DNA from: Callorhinchus milii
Taxonomy: Eukaryota
Direction of reading: 5' to 3'
Assembly: GCF_018977255.1 (NCBI RefSeq)
Contig: NW_024704742.1
Location: 87,608,001-87,668,000, forward strand
DNA length: 60,000 nucleotides
Shown piece by piece: positions 38,676 to 51,475 of the stretch. A model generated the notes under the pieces. It was not told the origin of the DNA. It was given only the letters and a program-made list of their open reading frames with translations, and did no database searches. The translations under genes were made by a program, and so were the position numbers. The stretch's first letter is position 1. Every line of letters begins with the position of its first letter.

Positions 38676-41517
38676 CATAAGAACATAAGAATTAGGAGCA
38701 GGAGTAGGCCATTCGGCCCTTCGTGCCTGCTCCGCCATTCAATAAGATCATGGCTGATCTTCTCACCTAACTCTGATTACCTGCCCTATCCCCATATTCC
38801 CTAATCCCTCTATCTTTCAAGAATCTATCAGTCTCAGCCTTGAAATAGTTCAAGGACTGAGCATCTACAGCCTTCTGGGGTAGTGAATTCCATACGTTCA
38901 CTACCCTCTGAGTGAAGAAATGTTTCCTCAACTCTGTTCTAAGAGGCTGACTCTTAATTTTAAGACTGTGACCCCTGGTTATAGATTCTCCTACCAGGGG
39001 AAACAGTCTCTCAGTGCCTACGTTATCCAGCCCTTTAAGAATCAATATGATCCCCCCTAATTCTTCTGTACTCTAGAGAATACAGCCCTAGTTTATTCAA
39101 CCTATCCTCATAGGTCAGTCCCCTCATCCCAGGAACTAACCGAGTGAATCTACGCTGCACCCCCTCTAGGGCAAGTATGTCCTTTTTTAAATAAGGAGAC
39201 CAAAACTGCACACAATACTCTAGGTGCGGTCTCACCAAAGCCCTATACAGTTGCAGCAAGACTTCCCTACTCTTATATTCTAAACCTTTCGAAATGAACG
39301 CTAACATGCCGTTCGCCTTCTTAGTTGCTTGCTGCACCTGCAAACTAACTTTTTGGGACTGGTGTACAAGGACACCCAAATCCCTTTGAATACTAACACT
39401 ATCTAACTTCTCCCCTTCCAGAAAATAATCTGTTCTTTTATTCTTGCTACCTAGGTGAATAATTTCACACTTGCTAACATTGAATTCCATCTGCCACCTA
39501 CTTGCCCACTCCCCTGCCTATCTATATCTTGTTGCAATCTTTTTGCATCATCCTGAGAGCTCACTCTGCTACCTAGTTTAGTATCATCCGCGAATTTAGA
39601 CACATTACATTCAATGTCCTCGTCCAGATCATTGATGTAAATGGTAAATAGCTGAGGCCCAAGCACTGATCCTTGTGGCACTCCACTAGTTACATCCTGC
39701 CAATTCGAGAATGATCCGTTTATCACTACTCTCTGCTTTCTACCCGATAGCCACTCTTCTATCCATGTTAATATTTTCCCATTAATCCCGTGGGCCTTGA
39801 TCTTGAGTAACAGCCTTTTGTGTGGCACCTTGTCAAATGCCTTCCTAAAATCCAAATATACCACATCTACTGGTTCCCCCTTATCCAACCTGCTGGATAC
39901 ATCCTCAAAAAATTCTAAAAGGTTAGTCAAGCATGACTTCCCTTTTGTAAAGCCATGTTGACTCTGCCTAATCTTTTTATGGTCTTCCAGGTATCCCATA
40001 ACTACGTCTTTTATTAAGGACTCAAGAATTTTCCCTACAACTGACGTCAAACTAACTGGTCTATAGTTTTCCCTATTTTCTCTCCCACCCTTCTTAAATA
40101 GTGGAGTTACGTTTGCAATCTTCCAATCAATGGGAACTTTTCCAGTATCCACAGACTTTTGGAAGATTATAGACATGCCATCCACTATCTCAGTAGCCAC
40201 CTCCTTTAAAACTCTCGGATGCAGGCCATCCGGTCCAGGGGATTTATCGGTTTTAAGACCCGACAATTTACCTAGAACCATCTCTTTACTAATGTTAATC
40301 TCCCTAAATTGCTCGCTAACATTGTCTTCTTGGTCCTCTATTTTTGGTATGTTTCCAGTGTCTTCGATTGTGAAGACTGTAGAAAAATACATGTTTAATG
40401 ACTCTGCCATGTCTTTGTCCCCTATTATAATTCCTCCGGTCTCTGCCTGTAATGGACCCACATTCACCCTCGCTAGCCTTTTCCTCTTTATATATTTGTA
40501 AAAACTCTTGGAGTCTGTTTTTATGTTCTTTGCTAGTTTGCCCTCGTAATCTATTTTCTCCCTCTTGATCAATTTTTTGGTCCTCCTCTGTTGTTCCCTA
40601 AAGTTCTCCCAATCCTCGGGTTTACTACTCATCTTCGCTGTTTTATAGGCTTTTTCTTTTGATTTGATACTTTCCCTAACTGCTCTAGTTAGCCATGGCT
40701 GCACCACCTTTCCCATGGCATTCTTATTCCTCAAAGGAATATGTGCTCGTTGGGAATTTTGCACTATCTCCTTGAATGTCTGCCATTGCTGGTCTACCGT
40801 CAAATCTTTAAGTTTAGTCTCCCAGTTTATTCTGGCTAAATCCTCTCTCATACCAGCAAAGTTGGCTCGATTTAAATTGAAGACTTTTGCTTCAGACTTA
40901 ACTACTTCCCTCTCTAACTTAACGCTAAATTCCATCATATTATGATCGCTTTGCCCTAGAGGAGCCTTAAGTTCCAGTTTGCTGATCAGCCCTGTTTCAT
41001 TACACAAAACAAGGTCTAATATGGCTTGTTCCCTGGTCGGCTCCTCAGCATATTGATCTAGAAAATTATCTCTAATACATTCTATAAACTCCTCTTCTAT
41101 GTTACCTTTCCCAATTTGGTTGTCCCAGTCTATGTGCAGGTTAAAATCACCCACAATTAGTGTCTTTCCTTTGCTACATGCTCCACTAATCTCTTGATTT
41201 ATACCTTGAGCGATACTTTGACCACTGTTTGGGGGTCTATAAACTACTCCCACTATAGTTTTCTGCCCCTTGAAGTTACGTATCTCTACCCATACTGACT
41301 CTACATCTTGCTTTTCAGATTTAAAATCTTTCCTCTCTACTGTTTTTATCCCATCCTTTATTAGCAGGGCCACTCCCCCTCCTCGTTTACCACATCGCCT
41401 ATCTTTCCTATATACCACGTAGCCGGGAATATTCAGTTCCCATCCCTGATCACCCTGTAACCATGTCTCGGTGATGGCTACTAGATCATACCGGTTTGTC
41501 TCTATTTGTGCAACTAT
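38676..41517 (-). mobile_element. CR1-clade LINE, nearly complete ORF2 (APE endonuclease plus reverse transcriptase) and 3' UTR, 5'-truncated
   Basis: ORFs 39451-41601, 39035-39490 and 38767-39045 join across two frameshifts. Motifs AITETW, VGDFN, SDHN, KSPGPDG, YRPVSLTS, LDFRKAFDKVPH, GVPQGSVLGP, KFADD, RPHLEYCVQFWSP. The 3' tail is (TTCTTATG)-like at about 38676-38692. Confidence 0.97.
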
Positions 41518-42073
41518 TTTGGATGTTTTGGCTAAATGGTTCTGATGCCATTGGGCAAGTTTTTTGCCTTTTCTTTTTTTCAAAACTAACATTTTGGACA
41601 ATAAGGATCCCTGATTGAGTTTTTATTAAAAAAACTAAATCTAATTCTAAAGTCTAATTATTTCTGAGTAGCTCAGACCAGCAGTCTAAATCTCCAGTTT
41701 ACCATTTAGAGGATTTGTAATTGAAATAAATAGTGTAAATGAACAATTGATTATGAAAACTGGCATGGTAACTGCAAAAGGGCAGAGATTAAAAATATCA
41801 GGAATTTATCGAGGAGGGTTGGCAAAACCACTCCATGCTGTTCAGCGCACAGCATTGTTTGTGCTGATATGTGGCCTGTTTAGCAGCCAGAGTGTGATTG
41901 GTGATGATATAGCAATGCCATTAACAAAACAACTGGCTTATTTTTAAAGTTAAAATTATATAATGTGAGTGATTTGTATAGCAAGTATATTTTATTAACA
42001 AATATCGCAATCGCATATTCATAGATGTTCTTTATATAGAAAACCTAATTCTTTAAAAATGTGGGATTTGCAG

Positions 42074-42175
42074 GAACGCATCCGCAACCACAAGTATCGG
42101 AGCCTGGGAGACCTGGAGAAAGATGTCAATCTGCTGTGTCATAATGCTCAGACATTCAACTTGGAAGGATCACAG
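42074..42175 (+). CDS. smarca2: smarca2 bromodomain exon (ERIRNHKY...EGSQ)
   Basis: ttgcAG / GTcgg boundaries, 102 nt, phase 0-0. Encodes [34 protein letters not shown]. The residues GDL, CHN and GSQ fit SMARCA2 rather than SMARCA4 (NDL, CQN, GSL). Confidence 0.95.
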
Positions 42176-43882
42176 GTCGGTTTTATGTCCTGTTAGACTA
42201 TGGTTTTGTGTGTCTCGGTGGTGTTTGTGCAGTGGTTAGCGCAGTGGTACACATTTGGGCATCATAAATATTTAAACTGCGCAAAAATTGGAATCTTCTG
42301 TGAAAAAAACATTTTGTAACTGGTGGAATAATAGCTGCCCTGACTCCCGAGTACTGAGCAGCCAAGTTCCCAACTGGTGCTATTCATTCAATAGTTTTGC
42401 TGTCTATAATCTACCAAAGGCCACAGCCCATATCATCTGTCTAACATTTTCTGCCTTAGCCCAGCCATGCCAGGTTTTTAGAAAATGATGTATTTGTGAA
42501 TACAATAAACGGTCCATACAAGTTATTGCAGAGATTGTTGGTACATGTTCCTACTATAAGTAGTATAAATCGATACTTGCTCACACTCTTATTATTGAGT
42601 GTTTAGAAAGCAGTAGTTGTTTGTGATCAATTCTGGGAGGCAGTCCTGAAAGAGCCCGAATGCTAAAACCTCGAGGTACCAACGCTCTGAGGAGATAGCT
42701 GCGAGCAAAGCTTAAGAGAGCAGTTTTGTGGGATATAGACATGGGATTTTTATGAAAAATGTTAGTTTAAATGAACAGGCAGCAGTAAATGCTCTCTTAG
42801 TAATTCTACATGTAAATATTGTGATAAGAAATTTATTCTAACTGAAATGTTTCACACGGTGAGAGTCCTCAATCACGTCTGATTTCACAGCTGAATAGTT
42901 ATGGAACTTTTTTAAAAATAGCCTAATCACATTGACCTTCACAAATTGACTTGGGAAAATATGCAGAGGCAGAAGGATGCCTATGTTCAGCTTTATCGAG
43001 TGACAACCCTGGAGTAGCAGACGATAGAGAAATATTTACTCCAAACAACTTCTCATGCTTTGGTTTCCTTTTCATGCTGTAGGGTAGTAGGAAGCTTGTT
43101 TAAAACAGTAATTTTACTGCTATCTGCCAAGTCAAAATGGAAAAGAACCATATCGGTGTTGGATATCATTATGACTATCAAAAAAAGTCGTACATTTTAC
43201 GATATATAACAGTGACCCAAACACAAACCCACCACCCTCCTCAAGTTCTCCGAAAACTCGAGCTTATTGAAAAGTTTTGTTTGAAATTTAAATGAGTGCA
43301 TTATTATTGCAGTAGAGTGGACCCGCAGGTTACTGGACTCTGGGTATCTGCAATTTATCCTGAGTCAGACTGAGCCAACAACAAAAAGCATTTTCTGCAT
43401 GTAGATCCTGGCCAGCCAAACTCTCCTAGTTCATGTCAAAGCTGCACTGAGCAGCCTCACTCACTGTCCTTGCTGGCCTTCACAGTAGTCAGGAATATCA
43501 ACTTGGACTCAGATTGTTTGAGTCGACGGGCTGGAAGATAGCTTATTTGCTATCTCCTGCTCGCTGCATTCAACCAAATAATTTGTTTGGAGGGGGTGAG
43601 AGCTACACTTCTTTGGAGAGAAATTTAATCAAGTTGTTTCAACAATTTCCACCAAATGTTCAGTCTGGTGTTAAATAATTCACAGTAAGTTCTTGTTAAT
43701 TTGTAGGTAACTGGACAGAGCTTTCTATAAATAGCATTCCACTCTAAGCGGTACAACAAGAGCATCGTGTCCTACCCACTGAATAATACCAACCCATCGA
43801 AATAGCAAAGACCAGAGTTTGGGATGTTCTAGTTTTCAGTTTCGAGAGCAGGTGGATATTTTAATCCTTTGTCTTGTTGCAG

Positions 43883-44015
43883 ATTTATGAAGATTCCATT
43901 GTTCTTCAGTCAGTGTTCAAAAGTGCCAGACAGAAGATCGCTAAAGAAGAGGAAAGTGAGGAGGAAAGCAATGATGATGACGATGATGATGAAGATGAGG
44001 AGTCAGGGTCTGAAA
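43883..44015 (+). CDS. smarca2: smarca2 exon (end of bromodomain plus acidic tract)
   Basis: ttgttgcAG / GTgag boundaries, 133 nt. Encodes [44 protein letters not shown]. Confidence 0.95.
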
Positions 44016-44380
44016 GTGAGTCTGAAAATTTGAAGATAGGTTCCAAGCTCAATCCTTTCTCTGACATTGGTGAGTTTGGTACATTTGAGCTTAGGGCTCT
44101 CAGACTAGTGATGTGGGTAGTGGGGTGGAAGGAGTAGCCAGTAGCTCTACCTGATCAGAATCCATAAAGCCCTTTTCTTCCCCTCCCCCATAGGAAAATG
44201 CATACCATTCACCCTTAAGTTTACAGCAGAGGACTACTGTTGCCTGTGGAATGATTTGCCCATTATGATTTGTTGTTCTGCTGTTTTACACACCAGATAA
44301 TGTGTTTCTGATTTGATGCAGTGTTCATTGAATAACAATGTGCCATGTTCATTTTTTTTCCCCCTCTGAATAACTTGCAG

Positions 44381-44526
44381 CGAAGTCCGTCAGAGTTAAA
44401 ATAAAGCTTGGTCGAAAGGACAGTGACAGAAGTCGTGAGAAAGGGAAAAGCAAGAAGCGTCTAAGTCGTGCTAAAATTAAGCCAGTCGTGAGCGATGATG
44501 ATAGCGATGACGACCAAGAAGATAAT
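44381..44526 (+). CDS. smarca2: smarca2 penultimate exon (basic tail)
   Basis: cttgcAG / GTaag boundaries, 146 nt. Encodes (T)[48 protein letters not shown], in frame with both flanking exons. Confidence 0.93.
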
Positions 44527-45816
44527 GTAAGTCTCACTTATGATAGCTTTAATACTCCAAATTGTATTCCAAATGTGACCTGAAGGTTCGAATCAGCAGC
44601 TACTGAAGTGAATCATTGGTTACATTTGTCATCTTCATTGCAGAACTTTCTGTGAAAATTCTTTTTAAGTCCTCTGTACCTTTAGCAGAAGTTATTTTTA
44701 CAAATGGCTGTCGTGAGCATTGTCACCAAAAATATAGTCCTTGTTTTGATTGAAGTCTTTCATTTTGTGAGCTTTTGTATGAGTAACAGACTGAGAATTC
44801 ACCCCTCCGCATCTTCTTTTCATTCTCTTTCGTATGGTGTATACACACAAACAATTGCACATATGCCTTCACTATTGTTACTCATTGACCACTGCAACGT
44901 GCAGAGTAGCTCTACATTTCCTTTGCCTGCTGGGAGAAAACATGTTTCTACTCTGAACCGCTGCACAATAATATAATTTGCCCACAAAATATCCTGTCAA
45001 TTCCCTTTATTGTATATTTTGTGAAGCACTTTGAGACGTTTCGAATATGTGATAAAGCACTGTATCAAATGCAAGGATTGTTATTGTAATTGAGATGGGG
45101 AACTTGTGTTTGGGGTTTGGGTACTGAACCTTTAGGCCCACACTCACTTGTTCAGATGAGCTGTCTGGCATTGCCACCTGAGAGGCTTTTATCGTGTTTT
45201 ATTTTCACATTATAAATGGAGTTCTATATTGTTTCTTTTTTCTATTTTCCCTTTTCCACCACCACCCAAAAAAGCTTTATTAATTATGATATTGAAGAGC
45301 AATGATACTCATCCTAATCACTTGTGTTGAATTAACAGCATTTACCTTCTCGTAGCAGTGGTTCACATTATGCGCCTGTCGTGTTCAAAAGAAACTGTGG
45401 TTATTTAAAGTTGTTTAATGTTATGACCATTTTCAATGTGTGTAAACTGTAAAGGAAACTAAACTGCCTGGCGAGCGTTTCTGATGTTTCAAGAGTAATA
45501 ATGAGATTTTTGTTTAACATGTATAGAAATGACATTGGATGTGGGATAAACGTAAAAATCAAGTTGCTTAATGCTGTGTGATTCTATGTGGATTTTTAAT
45601 TTGGTATCACGTTCACAGCAAAATTTGTTTAGTGCCTTTCACATCAGGAGAACGTCCCAAAGTGCTGGCAGTCAAGGATGTACATTCCAGCTGGGGGTTG
45701 GGATCAGGTGGTGGGGAAGGTGGGGGTGACTGAAGGCACGGTTGATTATCAGTCATGTTAAATCCCTTATCAAGATTAATGGTTTGTTTAATCTCATGTT
45801 TCCTTTTTCATCCCAG

Positions 45817-45852
45817 GACCAGTCAGACGGCAGTGGCAGTGACGATGAGTGA
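45817..45852 (+). CDS. smarca2: smarca2 terminal coding exon
   Basis: Polypyrimidine tract plus cccAG, then DQSDGSGSDDE and TGA. Resembles the SMARCA2 C-terminus (EQSEGSGTDDE). Confidence 0.9.
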   Translation, partial: DQSDGSGSDDE

Positions 45853-46430
45853 TTTTATATATTTAAAAAAAATGAATTGCTTCATGGACAAATCTTACTT
45901 TCAGCAACTTTCAAATGTTTTGTTGCACAGCCATCCATAAATTCCTTCCTCTTCTATCCCGCCTCCACCTCCCAATTTGCCCTTTTTCTGAAAAGTAAAT
46001 CTGTTAGTAAAACAGTATAATCTTTAGTTTAGTTTTATGTAGGCATGATTGCAGTTAAACAAAATAATAATTTTGTAAGTATACATATGTTTGCATCATA
46101 TATTTGCTTTATGCTTGTTGAATAGAATAAAAAGGCTTTTTGAATTGTTATCAGTTTATATATACATCAAACATGCCATAGCTTTTTCTTTTCGCTTTCC
46201 TAAAGATTAATATCCTGACAGCTTTAAACTTGACCGTTACGATTCAAGTGAAAATATGTCATTATGCACATCCCCTTTTTAGTTCATTTTATTTGAAAAC
46301 ATTGTTTTGCAACCAGTGCTGGTAATGAGCTTTTCCTTAAGTGTACTTAATTCTTGCTTTCTTTGCACAATGTCTTTGGTGTAACTGATTGCCCAAGGCA
46401 AATAAAATCCAATTCAGTTGTAAAGCGTGG
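45853..46430 (+). other. smarca2: probable smarca2 3' UTR with candidate polyadenylation signals
   Basis: AT-rich, repeat-free stretch after the stop codon. AATAAA at 46126-46131 and 46401-46406, the latter followed by a GT/T-rich tract. Confidence 0.6.
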
Positions 46431-46789
46431 GCTTTTTTTGTCTGAGTGTTTATTTAATAACTAGTTGAGATTCAGGAAAATCTGACGCTTCGCTGGGAAT
46501 TTTGAAATGTTTGTATTCCCACAATTGAGCTCAAGATTAGTTAAAGGGTGATCCTTTAAATATAAAAAGTGTATTTTGTGATTTTCCGGTGAAGAATTTT
46601 TTTGGACCTTGTGTAAAAAGTTGCACGAAAACTAGTGTATTGTTTTTCAACCGTTTTTTTTTCGTGGAAATGTTGAATTGGCAGTTGAATTGTCCTATGG
46701 CATCAATGAGAAAGCTGACGTCGGAACAGTTTTGTGACGTATATTGGTGGCTTCATGGGAGATGATGAAACATATCCAAACCCACCTTT

Positions 46790-48470
46790 TCCCATGGAAT
46801 AACAGTCACCTCCACTCACTCAACACAAACCCAAACACTCAAGCGCACCTACCATCTCTTCCTTTCACAGGCCAAAACTGACTTTTTACTCCAAAGTCAT
46901 CCTGGAGACAAACAACAATCCAAAGGCACTGTTTTTCACCGTCCATCACCTCCTCCGTGTACCCCCTCAAGCCCCCTCTATCTTCACATCAAATGCCAAG
47001 TGCTTAGAGGTCCTAGACTTCTTTGCCTCAAAGATTGAAAACATCCACTTGGCTGCATCATCCTCCCTCTATCGATCCCTCTAGTTTCTCACACTACTGT
47101 CCTATTTCCAACCTCCCCTTCCTTGCCAAAGCCTGGGAATGCATTGTTGCAGGTCAACTTGGATCACACCTCTTCCTTGAGGCCCGGCAGTCTGGTTTTC
47201 GCCCTGCTCACAGCACAGAGATGGCGCTTGTCAAAGTCAAACTACATTCTCTATTTGTGACCAGGACTCCCTCTGCCACCTTGTCCTCCTGGATCTCTCT
47301 GCTGCGTTTGACACAGTCGACCACGCCATCCTACTCCACTGCCTCTCCTCCCTCATCCACCTTAGTGGGACTGCACTCGCATGGTTCGAGTCCTACTTAA
47401 CCAAACGCTGCCATTTCATCTCAGCAAATGGTTTCTCCTCCTGCCCCCACCTGGACACCTTCTCAGTCACCAGGGCTCCATCCTTGCCCCTTTTTTCCTT
47501 ATCTATCTGCTCCTTCTGGGCGATGTCATCCGCAGACACGGGGTAAATTTCCACATGTATGCGGATGACACACAAATCTATTTTGCCTCCTCCATTACCA
47601 ACTCCAGGTCCGCCAATGTTCTATCAGCTTGTCCGAGTGCAAGCTTCCCGCAGCTGAATGTGGACAAGACGGAAGCCATACTCCTCGGCTACTGTCAATG
47701 TCTTCACTTCTGCGGTTCTAAACTCCTCAACCTCCCTGTGTTCTCCCTCAGACTCACTGAACCAGTAGGGGAGGCAGGACAACAAGGGGTCGAATTGGAC
47801 GCAATCTAAGCATCCGGTTCGACCCCCAGCTGTCTTTCGTCCCCCACGTCAGGTCCTTGACCATGACCACCTTCTTCCACCTCCGCCACATTGCCCACCT
47901 CCGACCTGACCTTACCCCAAATGCAGCTGAAACCCCTGTTAATGTGTTTGTCACCTCCTGCCTGGATTACTCAAACCCACTTCTTGCCGGTCTCCCCAGC
48001 TCCACTATTCAAAAGATCCAGCTCATTCAGAACTCTGCCGCCTGCATACTGACCCGGACCAAACTCCGTACCCCAATCTCACCAGTTCTGGCCAAGCTCC
48101 ACTGACTCCCCATCACCGAACAGATCGACTTCAAGATCTTCACTCTCGTGTTCAAATCTATTCACTCCCTGCCACCTCCCTACCTCTCCGACCTCCTCAC
48201 TCCCTGATACATCACCCGGCGCCTCTACTCAACTGGCACTGGCCTCCTGCTCATCCCTCGTACCCTCCTCCCCACCATCGGCGGTCGCACTTTTAGCCAC
48301 TACGCCCCAAAACTCTGGAACACTCCCTCAATCCTTTCGCCTTGTCCCCTCTCCCCCTTGATCATGCTTACGGCCACCTCCCACGCCGCCCCTCAGAGTC
48401 AGGCTCCACTACTGTTAAGCTCTGTGAGACTCTACCCTGCGTAGAGGGCACTATATAAGTGCAAGTTGTA
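46790..48470 (+). mobile_element. L2-clade LINE 3' part (RT region to tail), degenerate
   Basis: Motifs [43 protein letters not shown] and IQNSAACIL, with the L2-type 3' end (gcactatataagtgcaagttg). Confidence 0.9.
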
Positions 48471-51049
48471 TATATTTTTTAAAAACCCAAGAGAATCCCA
48501 AGGTGGCAATAGTGATAAACTGATCTGATTAATTCAAAGAAAAATGTAACAATGTTGGATTGTTAACTAAGAGACATGTACTTATACCTGGAGACATACT
48601 GATCCCACTCCCAGTACCTTCCCATCAGATGGAGTAGCATGTTGTGAACAACGGGTACTGGAGTAAAGACCTTTTTTTGTGAACTGAAAAGTGTTTTTCT
48701 TGTCATTAAAATTAAACTTTTTTGATACTTAAAAGAGGAAATCCCAGAGAGACAAAGGTTCAGATGCATTACATAATTTTAGCTTTGCTGCATGTTGGGG
48801 AGAGGTATTGCTCGTTTCTCTTTATTTGACAAATCATTTAAATTGGATTTGTGCTCCTTTATGATTTGTAATGCATTTCCTTCTTTCCTCATAGTTGTGT
48901 AATTGCTTGTGGAATTTTGGATCAACCAATGTCAGAGAAAACTGTGTTTTAAACTTGTCAATAAAAAAAATCTAATCTATGAATTTTGTGCATCATGATT
49001 TATTCCATTTAAAGTTCCTGAGGTTCAAAATGCTTTCAGTGTTTATTGTTTCAATTTTATCAATAACCTGAATCAATTTACATTGTGGTTCTAAAATTAA
49101 CTCATTTTTTCTTTCCTTCGGTACGTTAATATAAGATTACCCTCTATTTCTGGACTGCCTGTTTTAACTTGATTTAAGGGTGCCAAAACTGGCACTTAAA
49201 TCGTACCAGATTTCTGCACAATTTAACATAGAAACATGGGACACGAGAAATGAAATCTCAGTGCATTAGTTGGGTTAATCTTAACATGATTTTTGTAACA
49301 CTAATTATATTACACTCATGATTGTATAGTACATATTTTAGTCAGTGAACTTATGCAGGAGATAGTAATGTTCACAATCCTCTAACTGACTACATTATTG
49401 CATTTGGTTGCTAGTGCCTGAAATGCAACTGGTTTACTTTGGACAAAATATAGAAACTACCAAGTGTGCACTAATTCTGGGAAGGTGCACTTAGGCCAGG
49501 AAGACGCACAACCAGTTGCCATTCTCTCAGGAGACTATTACCTCTAGAGATGCAATGAAAACCTACATTAGGAGGGTGATTGTCATCTGCTTGAACAGAG
49601 GTTACAGATTTTTTTATTTCAGTCCCAAGTCACTAATACTGCCTTGTGCTTGTGTCCCAAAGTGAGGCTGCTGCCAGACGGTGCTGCAACCTTAATTAGG
49701 TGTAAGCCTGAGTTGGACCATGTTAATAGAATAACCTCTAATCAGGTTGGAGATTAGTCAGTGTCTCAGAGTGGTGATCCAGGTCACTGAAGTCTGCTTT
49801 TGATCAGTTTGTTTTTCTGTCTGCCAATATTTCACTAATTTCTGCCCGGAATTAACCTCCTGCACTTTGCCAGGTTTTTTTTTGAATTGTGCTTCAGTAT
49901 TTGTGACTTTAATTGTTTGACCTTATGTTACCCACTGAACAAAATAATTAAAATGGGTGTGGACAAACTGGACAGCCCTGTCAACCGTGCAAACCATACT
50001 AAACTGACCTTGCTGTGCCAGGAACAATAGCCTAACTGGTGCTTGGTCACCCAAATGTGATGGATTTAAAATGTTGCAATTTAAATGCTATATAATGCCA
50101 GTGAGCCATCACTTCAAGCAATCTGAACAATCATTGAAAAATTCACATTTTTTTTGAAAAGGTGTAATTAAACTATAGTGATGAAATCTGCCCTAGAAAT
50201 TGTAACCATCTGACTGACTTTCGTTTTGAGAATTACTTCCTAATGGGGAATACTCTGTCAGAATATTAAGGAGGGTTGGGCAGGACTGATGATATTTTCT
50301 ATTCCCAAGATAGTTCAGTGCTGTTTTGGTCATGAGACTGAAGAGTTTTTTTCACATTTCAGTCACCATATGATTCAAGTGTTTTGTAAGAGATTTAACC
50401 CTATAATTTCTGATTTTGTACAAATTGACACCAGGCAATGTTATACTTTCTGAAAAAGGGAATTCATGTGCCAGAAAACATAGTTCCGTACACAACTTAT
50501 CTTGCATTTCACCCTGTAGTGGTATCAGCATAGTTCTCGTCTCACACCAACTTTGAGGACTTTCCTCACAGACTTGTGTTGACTCAACCTTTTTAACAAA
50601 TTATGTGTCGTGATTTGAGTAAGAATCTGCCTGAGTATATGTCGCTAATTCGATGATGGCTCCCTCACAAGAGTAGATTGGAACTATTTTTAAAGTGTAT
50701 TGATGATGTTCTGGGATCTCAGATTTCTGGCTAGAGCAAGAAAATCCAAACTGCATTCAGTTAAGATCTTGCCATTATTCAGCTACAGCAGTGGTGGCCA
50801 ACCTTTATAGTCAGCCAACAAAATACATTTTCTTGATTGAATATTTCTTGATTTATGGCATTTCATGATTTTAAAAATTGGAAACACATTACCAATCGAA
50901 CACAGATTTACCTAGACTTGCATGAATGTTCAGGGGTTGTTTCTTGACTGCCCTGCGAGCCACAGTTTGGCCTACAAAAATCCACAGTCACTACACTTTA
51001 CTGCAAAGTACTTTCAGATATCCTCCTAACATAAAAGGCAGTATAAAGC

Positions 51050-51475
51050 CATTCGGGGAGAGGAGTCAAGACAGATCAGAGGCTGAGCCTGGCGAGCAGC
51101 ATAGAAGGAGCGGCTGAGGTAAGCTGGGAACAGGCGGAGCTACGAAAAAAAAGAAAAAGTGACGTTGGTGTGACGTCACTTTCAACAGCAGAACCAGGGA
51201 GACATCGACAAACAAGGAACTGTCAGAAACTACAACACTGACGACAAATAAAAACAAAAATAAAAAATATATATATATATATTGAAAACACTTTGAGAAG
51301 ATGATGTGGCAAATGAAATGCGAGGACTGTGACATGGGAGTTAATGGAGGGCGCCCTGAGGGCAACTTCATCTGCAACAAGTGCAACTCAGGAAGCTCCA
51401 GCTGAGGGTAGCTGAGCTGGAAGCCGAGGTGCAGACACTGCGCTCCATCAGGGACAGTGAGAGGTTCCTGGATAG
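51050..51475 (+). mobile_element. second copy of the same CR1 5' UTR/ORF1 start, opposite orientation
   Basis: Aligns by eye with the reverse complement of 52548-53294 once the SINE at 52726-53041 is removed. Confidence 0.85.

Noticed and set aside
40130..40945. Plus-strand ORFs of 123 and 93 aa
   Set aside because: They are antisense shadows of CR1 ORF2.
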